Position numbers and translations under genes: made by a program
Notes under the pieces: model-generated
Seen by the model: the letters and a program-made list of their open reading frames with translations, nothing else
Databases searched by the model: none
What the model was told of the DNA's origin: nothing
Part shown: positions 18,801-47,893 of the stretch, piece after piece
How positions within the stretch are numbered: the first letter of the stretch is position 1
How the letters are laid out: every line of letters begins with the position of its first letter
Source: the human T2T-CHM13v2.0 reference genome, Homo sapiens
Assembly: GCF_009914755.1 (NCBI RefSeq)
Contig: NC_060946.1
Strand: one strand, 5' to 3'
Length of the DNA: 64,000 nucleotides

Positions 18801-18881
18801 GTCTAGTCTGGAGACAATAAGAAAAATGGTTAATCACCATGGAATGTGCTAGCGCCTTAGCCCGAAGCAGGGGTCTGGTTA

Positions 18882-19301
<420 letters not shown>

Positions 19302-19711
19302 TTAGAGGAGTGGGCTCCAAGCAGAGTGGCCCCCTTAGAGGCAAAGAGAATGGCCTTGTCTGCCTCCTTTCAGGCTTTGGATGGGGCTGATAGGTGAGGT
19401 GGTGGGTGCTTGTCAGCCAAGGGCCCCTCCACATAAGGGGACAGGTGGGGGGCAGCTGCGAGTCTGTAGACCCAAGACTTGCAGCAGCTGGAGGACCGGT
19501 GAGCAGCCTGGTAAAGCGACCTGGGGAGGCACCAGCAGCATCTGCTGCAGTATGGCCACACTAGCTGTTTGATGGAGGACAGGGTAGGGAGCAGAGAGTA
19601 GGGAGCCGAGGGCAGGGAGCTTCCAGAAGGTCATTCTGCTGCATTGTGAAGAACAGCTGAGGAGGCGGCCAAGAGAAGAAAGGTCCGAGGGGGGCCGGGC
19701 GCAGTGGCTCA

Positions 19712-20135
<424 letters not shown>

Positions 20136-21261
20136 TCAACAAAAACAGGAGTTCTAAAAGAACCGGATTTTCCTTTCACCCCACCTCAGTTTTTTCTGCA
20201 AACAGTTGTGCGTGAAATCAGGACCCAGATGCTGCAGAACTGAAGTGGGAAGGGACTGACCACCACTGGGCAAAAGGCCGAAGAGGGTAGGCCACAGAGG
20301 GGCTGTCTCTAAGGGCTAAAAATACAAGGGTTGAGACCAACTGAAGTGTGGCGATTTCCTTGACGTTGGCATTTTGGTTTTGTTTTCCTTTTTTTAAGAT
20401 AAGAGTTATATAGTAACTCAGAGCTCAGTAACATCAGCATTTTGGAAGTAGGATAGGAAGAAAGTCTCATCACAAGGGAGCCCTGTGGAGAGGAATGAGC
20501 ACAGAATTTGGAGTCAGAAGAGTGGAAGGCCTGGGCTTGGGGCCTGGCTGCACCGTGCCGGCTGGATTGTTCTGGGAAAGCTGCCCAACTCTCTGCTCCG
20601 CAGTCCCCACATCTGTCACTAGGGATCATATCTGCCTCACAGGATCAGCTGAGATAAGGCACGTGTGTAAAAGGCTGTACAAATGTTAGTTACTATAAGG
20701 TTGTCTCAAAAAAATAAAACCCACGGCAAAGAGTATCCCAAGGCAGGCTCATTTTACTCCAATTACCATTTGGCACCGAGCAGATCAGGGGACTTACTGC
20801 ATGACACAGCAAGTCAGTGGAAGAGCCAAGGAGTGCACTCATCCAAGTTACTGATTCCGATGTCAGCAAAACCTGCTGAAACCCATCTTCACACTGCAGT
20901 TCAGAGGGTGTCCCCAGGAAGCACCTCTCTGCAAAGCATGTTCAACGTAGTTCCCAGTGGCCTGCCAAATGGTCAGCAGCAAGGTGTAACTGGATGTCGC
21001 TTCCAGGAAGCAGAGTGAAAAGAGACAAGGAGTAGGAAACTAATGTCCAGAGTCGGCCATTTGCCCCAGGGACCGGAGTGGAGACTGCATTTCTAAGTGC
21101 TTCCTCTGTCCACAGCCCTCCTCCCCCATACCTTTTAAAAACAGATTTGCTGGCTGGGTACGGTGGCTCATGCCTGTAATCCCAGCACTTTGGGAGGCTG
21201 AGGCAGGTGAATTGCCTGAGCTCAGGAGTTCGAGACCAACCTGGACAAAACCCTATCTCTA

Positions 21262-21585
<324 letters not shown>

Positions 21586-22553
21586 TTACAAAAAAAAAAT
21601 TAGCCAGGTTTGGTAGTGTACACCTGTAGTCCTAGCTACTCTGGAGGCTGGGGTGGGTGGATCTCTTGCTTCCAAGAGTTCAAGGCTGCAGTGAGCTGAT
21701 TATACCACTGTACTGTGGCCTGGGAAACAGAGTGAGACCCTGTCTCAAAAAAAAAAAAAACACCCAAAAGACAAAACACCACATTTGTTGAAATATAATT
21801 CACATACAATAAAAATACATCGTTTTAAAATGGACAATTCATGGTGATGTGCACCCGTAGTCCCAGCTACTTGGAAGGCTGAGATGAGAGGATCGCTGTG
21901 AGTCAATGAAACCTCTTTCCTTTATAAATTACCCAGTCTCAGGTATTTCTTCATAACAGAATGAGAATGGACTAATACATCCTCCCACCTCATCCTCCTA
22001 AAGTGTTGGGATTACAGGCGTGAGCCACCGCACCCAGCTGTTTACACTCTCTTGATGGTGTCCTTTAAAGCACACAAGTTGGTAGGAAGCAGTAGCTCAT
22101 GCCTGTAATCCCAGCACTTTGGGAGGCCCAGGTGGGAGGATTGCTTGAGGCCAGATTGGGCAACATAGCAAGACCTCCATCTCTACAAAATTTTAAAAAT
22201 TAGCTGGGTGTGGTGGTGCATGCCTGTAGTCCCAGGTACTCAGGAAGTCAAGGCTGAAGGATCACTGCAGCCTTGAGTCCGGCAGGTTGAAACTGCAGTG
22301 AGTTGTGATCGCACCACTGCACCCTAGTCTGACCAAAAGAATGAGACCCTGTCTCAGAAAAAAAAAAAAGAAAAAAAGGGGAAAAAACCCATAAAATTTT
22401 AAAATCATTATTAAGTCTAATTTATCTATTATTTTTTCTACTCTTGCTTGTGCTTTTGGTGTCAATCTAAGAAGTCTTTGCCTTACCCAAGGTTTACTGC
22501 TGCACTTTCTTCTAAGAGTTTTATAGTTTTCGTTCTTACAATTAGGTCTGTGA

Positions 22554-22876
<323 letters not shown>

Positions 22877-22897
22877 TAATGTTTGTTTATCGGGTGA

Positions 22898-23231
<334 letters not shown>

Positions 23232-23265
23232 TAATTGCATGTGGATATCTGGCTCTTCCATATTA

Positions 23266-23577
<312 letters not shown>

Positions 23578-23689
23578 TCATGCGATTGCACTCTAGCCTG
23601 GGCAACGACAGTGAAACTCCGTCTCATAAATAAATTAAAAATAAGTAAATAAATAAAGTAGACCATAAGCAGCTTGTGCAGCTCTTACA

Positions 23690-26530
<2,841 letters not shown>

Positions 26531-27314
26531 ACGGCGTACGTCTGTAGTCCCAGCCACTAGGGACAGGGAGCTGGGGTGGGACTGAGGCAGGAGAATGGCT
26601 TGAACCTGGGAGGCAGACGTTGGAGTGAGCCGAGATCGTGCCACTGCACTCCATCCTGGGCAACAGAGCAAGACCCCATCTAAAAAAACACAAAAAACAT
26701 TTTAGTGGCTCCCAGTTGCTTTCAAAATAAATAACCCCTTAACAGAGTTTGTAGTAAACATTGTATTTTTTTTGGTTGCTCATAAGTTGATCCCCCAGAA
26801 AACCAAGACTTTGAGAAATTCACTGGGAAGGGAAATACCGGTGCCTCTGAACAGTCCCTGGTGAGAGCTGCCAGCGGGGACGGCAGCAGCTGAAGTGGGC
26901 TTCCTCATTTCACTGGGGATGTGTAGAGCCTGCAGTGATAGAAAGCAAGTTGCAGCACTTACTTAATTTCTGGAGGAGAGTGAATGTGGTTATTGTAATA
27001 GGCAGGGCCAGTGGAGTTACCCAGATGGTCTGATCTGCAGAGATTGATTTGGCTAATTGACCATGGAGTCTGTGGAACCAAAATATATAAACAGCACATC
27101 CACTAAGTTGCTACTTGATGTGTGTACGTGAAAAACTTCAGGCTTGGTCAACAGAGATCTGACTTTAGCCACCGTGATTGAGAGCACAGTCTCTCACCCA
27201 ATTTCCAAACCTGAGTCAGCCCTTGTTCCAGAAGTCCTGGAAGAAGTAAAAGCTGGATACCTGCAAGAAAGGACCCTGCAATTCCACAAGTACGGGCTGG
27301 GAATCTGCCTCTAG

Positions 27315-27779
<465 letters not shown>

Positions 27780-27862
27780 TGACTAGGCAGAGCTGTGGTA
27801 CAGGGCCCAGCCATTTCTGCCTAATGTTGGACTGCTTTCCTCTGAAGCTTCCTGCTGGGCTG

Positions 27863-28722
27863 GCACTTTGCTTGGAAGGAGAAACAGCCAGATGTGCAAT
27901 TATATACTGATTCATGGGCTGTAGTCCATGGATTGGCGGGTGGTGAGGGACTTGGAAGAAACATGATTGGAAAATTGGTGGCAAAGAAATTTGGGAAAGA
28001 TGTATGTGGATAGACTGCTCGGAGTGGGCCGAAGATGTGAAGATATTTGTGTCCCATGTGAATGCTCACTAAAGGGTGCCCTCAGCAGAGGAGAATTTTA
28101 ATAATCAAGTGCATAGGATGAACCATTCTGTGGATACCAGTCAGCCCCTTTCCCTAGCTACCCCTGTCATTCTCCAGTGGGCTCATGAACAAAGTGACCA
28201 TGGTGACAGGGATGGAGGTTAAGCATGGGCTCAGCAACATGGGCTCCACTCACCAAGGTCAACCTGGCTATGGCCACCACTCAGTGCCCAATCTGCCAGC
28301 AGCCAAGACCTACAGGGAGCCCCCACTAGGACGCCATTCCCCAGTGTGGTCAGCCAGCTACGTGGTGGCAGGTTGATTACGCTGGACGACTTCCATCATA
28401 GAAGGGGTAGGGTTTTGTCCTTATTGGAACACACACTTACTCTGAATAAGGACTTACCTGCCCTGCACGCAATGCTTCTGGCAAAACTAGCATGTGTGGG
28501 CTTGTGGGATGTCTTATCCACCATTATGGTATTCTACACAGCATTGCTTCTGACCAAGGAACCCACTTGACAGTCAAATAAGTAAGGTAGTGGGCTCATG
28601 CTCATGGAATTCGCTGGTGCTACCATGTCCCCCACCATCCTGAAGCAGCTGGCTTAATAGAATGGTGGAATGGCCTTTTGAAGTTGCAGTTGCAGCACTG
28701 GGTAGGTGGCAATACTTTGCAG
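27863..28722 (+). mobile_element. HERV-L internal pol fragment (RNase H-integrase)
   Basis: Degenerate LYTDSWAV...WKKHDWKIG.KEIW, HVNAH and HHPEAAGLIEWWNGLLK motifs typical of ERV-L RNase H/integrase. Confidence 0.85.
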
Positions 28723-28755
28723 GATTCATTAATTATTAATTTATTTATTAATTTA

Positions 28756-28941
<186 letters not shown>

Positions 28942-28988
28942 TCACGCCTATAATCTCAGCACTTTGGGAGGCTGAGGCAGGGGGATCA

Positions 28989-29198
<210 letters not shown>

Positions 29199-29362
29199 CT
29201 ATCTAAAAAAAAAAAAAAAAAAAAAAAAAGTTGGCTGGCTGCGGTGGCTCACACCTCTAATCCCAGCACATTGGGAGACTGAGGCAGGAGGATCACCTGA
29301 GGCCAGGAGACCAGCCTGGCCAATATGGTGAAAGCCCGTCTCTACTAAAAATACAAAAATTA

Positions 29363-29641
<279 letters not shown>

Positions 29642-30080
29642 TCAAGGGATTCTCCTGCCTTAGCCTCTTAAGTAGCTGGGACTACAGGCACATACCACCA
29701 TGCCTGGCTAATTTTTTAATTATTCGTTTGTAGAGACGGGGGTCTTACTATATTGCTCAGGCTGGTCTTGAACTCCTGGGCTCCAGTGAGCTTCCCGCCT
29801 CAGCCTCCCAAAGTGCTGGGATTACAGGCATGAGCCACCAAGCCCAGCCTAAGAATTGTGAATTTTACATCATACTATTCAAGTTACGGAATAATCACAG
29901 TAAATATCACTCAAGAACTTTACCTCCTCTTCTGGGAGACCGGATTAGTGTGTTTTCAGTTGTGCACAGGGTAATTGTTTCATTTAGGCAGAATTATGAC
30001 CTTGTCACTGTCTTTACTTGAGGAGATTAAGTATGGTTTAAGGAGATGTTTATGGATGCCAAGCTGACAAGGAGTGGACT

Positions 30081-31285
<1,205 letters not shown>

Positions 31286-31917
31286 GACACTTATGTTAAC
31301 TCCATAACTTGGCTATTGTGAGTAATGCTGCAATAAACATGGGATACAGATATCTTCTTGAGATACTGATTTCATTTTCTTTGGATATAGACTCAGAAGT
31401 GGGATTGCTGAATAATATGGTAATTCTATTTTTGGATTTTGGAGAAGCCTTGTTTCAGCTTCTGAGCTGGGATCACACGCTTCTTGGGTTGGTTCCCAGC
31501 CACCGACTAGGCAGGGCTGTGGTGCCAGGGCCTGGCCACTTCTGCCTAATGTTGGACTGCCTTGCTCTGGGGCTTCCCACTGGGCTGGCAGAGCCCTTGT
31601 CAGGTCAGCATCACAATCTCTGGACCCCTTCCCGATGTGCTTCCCTTCTTCCTTGGCCAGCGCTCACCCCACAGACACATTTGGTACTCCTCTCTCCACC
31701 CCAGCATCTGCTCCCAGAAAACCCAACCTGTGGCACTTCACTTCATCTATTAAATGAGATGAGAAAGAAAAGCAACTTTTCAGCCAGGCATGGTGGCTCA
31801 CACCTGTAATCCCAGCACTTTGGGAGGCTGAGACGTGTGGATCATTTGAGGTCAGGAGTTCAAGACCAGTCTACCAATATGGTGAAACCCCATCTCTACT
31901 AAAAATACAAACAGTTA

Positions 31918-32262
<345 letters not shown>

Positions 32263-32399
32263 TTACATGGGAGGCTGGGGCAGGAGAATTACTTGAACCC
32301 GGGAAGCAGAAGTTGCAGTGAGGTGAGATCATGCCACTGCATTCCAGCCTGGGCAACAGAGTGAGACCCTGTTTCCAAAAAAAAAAAAAGAAAAGCAAC

Positions 32400-32876
32400 T
32401 TTTCATCCTGTTTTCTTTAAAAACTTGAGCCTCTCCTTGGTTCTCTGGAGCACTTCCCAGTGTTTTCCGGGCTGTGAGCCCTCTTTAAATTATCAGGCCC
32501 AGAAAGGCATGGAAATGTGACAGCAGTCACGTCTCACTCCCCCTCCAGCTAAGTAATCAGCTCTGGAAGCCACTTGCTGTGTGGGCTCTAGACTGACTGA
32601 TGCCAAGTAGCCATAAAACACCACACAATGGACACTGTAATTCACTTGCTATAACTCAACAGTGTACAGCTAGTCACTAATCAGTGTTATTTCTTTAACC
32701 CAGTGAGCATCCTTGAAACTCAACTTTTGTAATCGCCCCCTCTCCTGATTAATCCTCTTTAAAAACTCAAGCCTCTCTTTGAGCACTTCTCAGTGTTTTC
32801 CAAGCTATAATCCTCAACCGTGGCCCAAATCACTCTCTATATTAATTTTGTCTCAGTTTCCTTATCTGGATTGACA
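32400..32876 (+). mobile_element. ERV1 (MER4-group) LTR fragment with partially duplicated 3' segment
   Basis: LTR-like body ending ...gattgaca; 32400-32480 resembles 32750-32815; family not determined. Confidence 0.5.
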
Positions 32877-33467
32877 GAGGATAACAAAATACCTAGTTGT
32901 TGACCAGGCACAGTGGCTCATGCCTGTAATCCCAGCACTTTGGGAGGTGGAGGTGGGTAGATCACTTGAGGCTAGGAGTTCAAGACCAGCCTGACCAACA
33001 TGGTGAAACCCTGTCTCTACTAAAAATACAAAAATTAACCGGGTGTGTTGGTGCACACTAGTAATCCTAGCTACTTGGAAGGCAGAGGCAGGAGAATTGC
33101 ATGAACACAGGAGGCAGAGGTTACAGTGAGCTGAGATCGTGCCTCTGCACTCCAGCCTGGGCAATAGAGTAAGACTCTGTTTCCAAAAACAAAAACAAAC
33201 AAAAAAAAAACCTAGTCATTTCAATAATTAATTACACGATGATATCAACTTGAACGCCTCCTCCTGAATCAGTGGGGCTGATTTTCCATTTGCCCCTTTA
33301 AATTCACTTTTCACCCTTTCCACCCTGCCCTGGGCCCCAAGATGCTGACCCTCAAGAACAGCATCAACAGACAGAGGTCAGAGGGCAAGAGGAGAGTGAG
33401 GTCAGATTATTTACTCCTTTGGACTGCTCCCTGCCAGGTTACTGCTGATTGGCCGCCTCACTTTTAA

Positions 33468-33803
<336 letters not shown>

Positions 33804-34213
33804 TAATTTTGTATTTTTAGTAGAGACAGGGTTTCTCCATGTTGGTCAGGCTGGTCTCGAACTCCCGACCTCAGGTGATCTGCCCACCTTGGCCTCCCAA
33901 AGTGCTGGGATTACAGGCGTGAGCCACCATTCCGGGCTCCCTCACTTTTTAACTGCTCTTTCTGGATTCTGCTCACTTCTCCCCTTCCCTCAGCCCCCAG
34001 GCCTGAGAGCGGCAGTGGCTCTCTGCTGTTCATAGCCCCAGCACACTGCTCAGCATTCCCTGTTGATCTCCCTTAGCTATGCCCAAACCCTGGCAAATAG
34101 GCCCTTTACTAAACTCTCCTGCATTTCCCTGTTTGAGTTTGTTCTGTTTCCTTCTGACAACCCGATGGATCCCATCAATGAGGACACTTTCCACTGCTGC
34201 AAGTGTTCCCAAC

Positions 34214-34918
<705 letters not shown>

Positions 34919-35079
34919 CCAGTGTCATGTCCAGGCAAAACAAAGTTCAAAGGGGGCAAAAGAGACAATCTCGTTTTGTATCATCTTTGCAAGAACAAGG
35001 AAATCTTTACCAAATGCCTCTCACCACAACACTCCTCCCCTTTACTGTCACTAGTAAGAATGAGTCACATGCTGCTTTA

Positions 35080-35625
35080 GCCTCCAGTTCCCAGAAAACA
35101 GAGCCTGAGACAAAGGGGGTGTGTCGGTATTTTACTGGGAAGAGCGATCCTGGGAATCAGGAAGGAGGGTAGAGGAGCAAAGCAGAGAAGCAGATAGCAA
35201 CAAAGCAATGATTTCCGGTTGGCCAGGGCTAAAAGTGTTTGGTTGCTCTAACCTATGGGGCTGCTGGGAAGCTACATGAAATATGCCTCAGGATGGTATG
35301 TCCTGGGGAATCCTGGGGAAAGTACCTATCCATGGCTTCCACCCTACATTGGTCAAAGGTTCCCCTAAGGAGCATTAACTCTCCCTGCACTTCTGGGTTG
35401 TTCATGCGAGGGCACTCCGTGGATTCCCAGATTCTAAGTTGTGGCAGCAACAGAGAAGACCCAAGACAGAGGGTAAAAGGCACACAGCACCGTGAGGTCA
35501 CAGCTGTATCTGCACCTGTACCTGGACTTTGTTGGGGACTGTGCCAGAGCAGGTCAATGGATGAACTATGAGCTAGGTGTGGTGAAAAGGACCTGAAGAG
35601 ATGCACATGGGTGTCCAGTAGACAT
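35080..35625 (-). mobile_element. Old ERVL-class LTR (LTR16/LTR33-like)
   Basis: ttcccagaaaacagagcctgagacaaagg...tattttactgggaag matches the antisense 3' end of these LTRs. Confidence 0.5.
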
Positions 35626-36596
35626 GCTCACCCCTGAAACAGTCACTGGCAAGAGGAATGAGATTGCTGTTGATTCACTGGTTTAAAGTAATCATTTGTA
35701 GTAGAATGGGTGTTGAGCATGCTACCTGAATTCTTCAAAGAGGACATCCTTAACTCCCTCTCTAAAAGACCCCTTCACCCCCAGTCACTCTCATCACCCC
35801 ATCCATTTCCTCAGTGACACTAAAAACAGTCAGTAATCAGCCTGTGTAGCTGGCATTATGGATTGACTTGCTCAGTGTTCACTCCTCCCACCTTCACTCC
35901 TACCATTCAAAGGCCAGAGAGCTCAGACCCACCCCTCTCTGCTTCCCTTGCTGCTCAGTCTTGGTTTAAGTTCCTCTGGCCAGGCTCAGTCACTTTGGTA
36001 GTGCAGATAATGGCAGGGATGGCCTAACTCCAGAGCCATGATTTTGTGAGTCCCTAAAGCCCTTTGTGATTAAGTTACATGGATTTGTCTGGATTTGAAC
36101 CCTGAAAAGGACATCTCGTTCACTTATCAGCTTGCTTGTCATTATTTGTCTCTCCCCACTTTAGTTTAAGCTCCCTTATACCAGGCATTTGCTCGTTTTT
36201 CCCCACTGTATCCACAGAGCCTAGCACAGTGCCTGGTATGTAGTACATGCTGTGTAATGATTTGTCTGATGGATGAAAGGATGAGTAAATGGAGATGGGA
36301 AGACTATGGCATGTGGAAGAGGAGGAGATACTGGACAGTAATGCTCATTTTCCCAAACTGTAAACTTTGGAATGCCCAAGAGCTCAGTCCTCACAACACC
36401 TTTATTCACACTCACTCCCTAAGTAAGCACATCCAGTCTCATCAGTTTAAATTTATATCTCTGTGAGCTTTTGAGATTGCTAAATAAAATAAAAAATAAA
36501 ATGGCAGGGCGCGGTGGCTCACGCCTGTAATCCCAGCGCTTTGGGAGGCCAAGGTGGGAGGATCACAAGGTCAGGAGATCGAGACCATCCTGGCTA

Positions 36597-37013
<417 letters not shown>

Positions 37014-37095
37014 TTACAGGCATGCGCCACCACGCCTGGCTAAAACTTCTGACTCTTACATCCAACTGCTAACCACTACTTCCATTAGGAAGTGA

Positions 37096-37342
<247 letters not shown>

Positions 37343-37641
37343 TAGCCAGGATGGTCTCAATCTCCTAACCTCGTGATTGACCTGCCTTGGCCTCCCAAAT
37401 TGCTGGGATTACAGGCGTGAGCCACCGCATCTGGCCTAAAACGGAACTTTTTTGTTGTTGTTGAGACGGAATCTTGCTGTGTTGCCAGGCCGGAGTGCAG
37501 TGGCACCTTTTTGGCTCACTGCAACCTCTGCCTCCTAGAGGTGGTTCTCATGCCTCAGCTACCTGAGAAAGAGGGAGGAGGTCCCAGATTTTCTTTTTTT
37601 TTTTTAAGAGACAGAGTCTCACTCTGTCGCTCAGGCTGTAG

Positions 37642-37815
<174 letters not shown>

Positions 37816-37889
37816 TGAGCTCAGGCAATCCACCCGCCTCGGCCTCCCAAAATGCTAGGATTACAGGCGTGAGCCACCGTGCCCGGCTG

Positions 37890-41750
<3,861 letters not shown>

Positions 41751-41927
41751 GTTTTGGGATTTTTTGTGCATAGTAAAATACACATAAAATTTGCCTCTTC
41801 ACTTTATATATTGTGGTAGGATATACGTAACATAAAATTTACCATTTTAACCACTTTTAAGTGTCCAATTTAGTGGCATTAAGTACGTTCACAATGTTGT
41901 GCAGCCATTATCACTGTCCATTTCTAG

Positions 41928-42162
<235 letters not shown>

Positions 42163-42258
42163 TGATCCGCCTGCCTTGGCCTCCCAAAGTGCTGGGATTA
42201 GAGGCAAGAGTCACCACACCTGGCCAGCTACACACTTTTAAACAACAAGATCTCATGA

Positions 42259-44505
<2,247 letters not shown>

Positions 44506-45410
44506 ACCCAATAAGTAAACAAGATAGAGGACACATGTAGGGATCTGCCCGTGAACCTCGACCCCTGGCTCCTGAGTCTGGCAGTGGGTGCAGTGGCAGC
44601 TCCTGTCTGTGAGGGCCCCAGAGGCTGGCAGCAGGATGCCTCCGTGGAAAATTCCCTTAACGCCTTTGCCTCTGCAGCTGTTCCTCCGGGATGATCTCTT
44701 TGGGGGATCATGCTCAGATATTTGTCTCAAAGAGTCCCAGGCCAAACCTCAGGGACCTCAGAGCGTTTAGAAAAATAACACCTCTGTGAGCTTGGTCCAG
44801 GCAGATCCCATGCAGAGAGGAGTTTGTCCCCTTCCAGTCCCCGAGGTCCTGGCTATTGCCAGCATGGAGTGACCTGTGTCACCTCTGAGTGCCAGGCAAG
44901 GGTTCAGCAGCTGACGACTCAGCTTCTGCAGGATGCTGGCAGCATAGCCAGCGAGATAGTTGGAAGCCGTCAGGGCACAGGGAAGGGGCCGAGGGTGCCC
45001 TGAGTGTGCATGGGGGGCAGCCCTGCTGCAGTCCAAGCCTTTGATTCCCAAGCTATGTGCACAGTTTCCTCTGGACTCTGCCATGTGGCCCAGCCACCCA
45101 TACCTGGAATAGGGGCTAAGCCAAGCTGCTCTCTCCTCCAAAGGGAGGCAGCCTGTGTGCTTTGTCCGTTTGCCTTTGCAGAGACCTCGATCCTCACGCA
45201 AGGCAAGCAGCAGCCCCTGTAAGCACACGAGACAATCCCAAGTGTCAGTGGGAAGGAGATCCCTTTCCTGATGGGGCTGCCTGTGTCCAGTCCCTCCCAG
45301 CTTCCCCAGGGCCCTGGGGCTCTGCAGGCATTCAGAAGTGGAAGCCAGCCACAGCCTGGGACTGAAGAGGTTAATGTGCATCTGCCTCCGAATGTTAATG
45401 TGTCTAGGTG

Positions 45411-45699
45411 ATGTCAGTGGGAGCCATGAAGAAGGGAGTGGGGAGGGCAGTTGGGCTTGGAGGCGGCAGCGGCTGCCAGGCTACGGAGGAAGACCCCCTT
45501 CCCGACTGCGGGGCTTGCGCTCCGGGACAAGGTGGCAGGCGCTGGAGGCTGCCGCAGCCTGCGTGGGTGGAGGGGAGCTCAGCTCGGTTGTGGGAGCAGG
45601 CGACCGGCACTGGCTGGATGGACCTGGAAGCCTCGCTGCTGCCCACTGGTCCCAACGCCAGCAACACCTCTGATGGCCCCGATAACCTCACTTCGGCAG
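45411..45699 (+). CDS. MCHR1: Melanin-concentrating hormone receptor 1, coding exon 1 (in-frame ATGs at 45411, 45426, 45618)
   Basis: MSVGAMKKGVG...MDLEASLLPTGPNASNTSDGPDNLTSA; three N-glycosylation sequons; donor CAG|GTGAGT at 45699/45700 (phase 1). Confidence 0.97.
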
Positions 45700-46533
45700 G
45701 TGAGTTGACTGGGAGCCCTCCCTCCTCTGGGCTGTGGGTGGAAAATGGGAAGGTTTCACCCCTGAGCCAAACTGCTTGGGAAACTTTATCACAGTTCTTG
45801 GGGACAAGATCTGTGGTCTGCTTTGCTCTGAGGGGCAGGAGAAAAGGGGGCAATGGTCCGCAGGGGCAGACGGGCAGGAGCAGAGCAGGGGGCGAAGGCA
45901 TATTCAGAATGGCAAGGAAGGGGGGCCAGCCGTGAGACAGCAGGGGAAGGCTCGCTGCTGGGTTCCAAAGATGCTTGGCAGAAAAAATTCCAGGCTGGAA
46001 AAGCAAGCGAGAGAAGCTGGAGGGTGGTATGTGGGAGACAGCTGGGGGCTCACTCCTGCACTGTTAGCCTCAGCTTTTTACTCCCACTTGGATGATGAGG
46101 TCTGAGACATCCTTACTGCCACCTGGGAGAGGCCCTGGGAAGGGAAGACTTCACAGAGCCATGAGGGGATTAACTTTTCTGGTGAATTAAGCTTCCTGAC
46201 ATTTCCAGAGCTGCGGTGCCCTGGGATTCCAGCTTTGAAGGAGAAAGGAAGGAAGGAAAAGAGGAAAGGCTTATGTAGATAATTTTTCCAGGCTGCTGAG
46301 CTCCAACAGACAGTTTCTGTCTCTGCTTCACTCAAGAAGCCCAGGCTCAGAAGATACCAATCAAGGAAATCCCCGCTAGGAAGCCTGGGGTAGGGAGAGC
46401 TGCTGGCTTGACCAGGGCACAGCCGGCAAAAGCCTCTACAAGACAGTCACCCACAGATATGCCCAAGAATCAGTACACAGTTTCCAACCAGAGATCTCCA
46501 AAATGAAACACTCAGGGCTACACATAGGAAAAG

Positions 46534-46568
46534 CACGCACACACACACACACACACATACACAGACAC
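46534..46568. repeat. (CA)n microsatellite in the MCHR1 intron
   Basis: Directly visible. Confidence 0.95.
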
Positions 46569-46913
46569 TTACTTTTGTGTCCTTCTGGCTATGCTGACGA
46601 GTTTTCCTGGTGAAGCCCGGGGCTCACAGAGTAATCTCTGCAGACAACTGTGGTTCTTGCCTCTGGTGCCTGCAGGAGGCAGGCATGTTGTGTCCTTCCA
46701 AGACAGATGGCTCAGGGCACTCTGGTAGGATTCACCAGGAAACTCATGGAGAAGGGAAAAGGGACAAGATTAGCAACAGTGAAGGGAGGGAGAATGGTGG
46801 GAGAGGATTCCAGATGAACGGTGGGTCGCTGGAGGCTGAGCATGCCAGCAGGATGTCAGTTCTCAGAGCAAAGCCCATGTCAAACAGCCAACGCTTGCTC
46901 CTTCTGTCCCCAG

Positions 46914-47893
46914 GATCACCTCCTCGCACGGGGAGCATCTCCTACATCAACATCATCATGCCTTCGGTGTTCGGCACCATCTGCCTCCTGGGCATCATCG
47001 GGAACTCCACGGTCATCTTCGCGGTCGTGAAGAAGTCCAAGCTGCACTGGTGCAACAACGTCCCCGACATCTTCATCATCAACCTCTCGGTAGTAGATCT
47101 CCTCTTTCTCCTGGGCATGCCCTTCATGATCCACCAGCTCATGGGCAATGGGGTGTGGCACTTTGGGGAGACCATGTGCACCCTCATCACGGCCATGGAT
47201 GCCAATAGTCAGTTCACCAGCACCTACATCCTGACCGCCATGGCCATTGACCGCTACCTGGCCACTGTCCACCCCATCTCTTCCACGAAGTTCCGGAAGC
47301 CCTCTGTGGCCACCCTGGTGATCTGCCTCCTGTGGGCCCTCTCCTTCATCAGCATCACCCCTGTGTGGCTGTATGCCAGACTCATCCCCTTCCCAGGAGG
47401 TGCAGTGGGCTGCGGCATACGCCTGCCCAACCCAGACACTGACCTCTACTGGTTCACCCTGTACCAGTTTTTCCTGGCCTTTGCCCTGCCTTTTGTGGTC
47501 ATCACAGCCGCATACGTGAGGATCCTGCAGCGCATGACGTCCTCAGTGGCCCCCGCCTCCCAGCGCAGCATCCGGCTGCGGACAAAGAGGGTGACCCGCA
47601 CAGCCATCGCCATCTGTCTGGTCTTCTTTGTGTGCTGGGCACCCTACTATGTGCTACAGCTGACCCAGTTGTCCATCAGCCGCCCGACCCTCACCTTTGT
47701 CTACTTATACAATGCGGCCATCAGCTTGGGCTATGCCAACAGCTGCCTCAACCCCTTTGTGTACATCGTGCTCTGTGAGACGTTCCGCAAACGCTTGGTC
47801 CTGTCGGTGAAGCCTGCAGCCCAGGGGCAGCTTCGCGCTGTCAGCAACGCTCAGACGGCTGACGAGGAGAGGACAGAAAGCAAAGGCACCTGA
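46914..47893 (+). CDS. MCHR1: MCHR1 coding exon 2 (7TM class A GPCR body)
   Basis: Acceptor cttctgtccccag|GA; GN (TM1), DRY, CWAP and NPFVY motifs; ends ERTESKGT-TGA; spliced CDS 289+980=1269 nt = 422 aa (353 aa from Met70). Confidence 0.99.

Noticed and set aside
17833-18806. Dense overlapping ORFs up to 215 aa
   Set aside because: GC-rich region with no domain signature or splice-supported structure; treated as regulatory.
45408-45935. 175-aa ORF as a separate gene
   Set aside because: It is MCHR1 exon 1 read through the consensus donor at 45700 into the intron.
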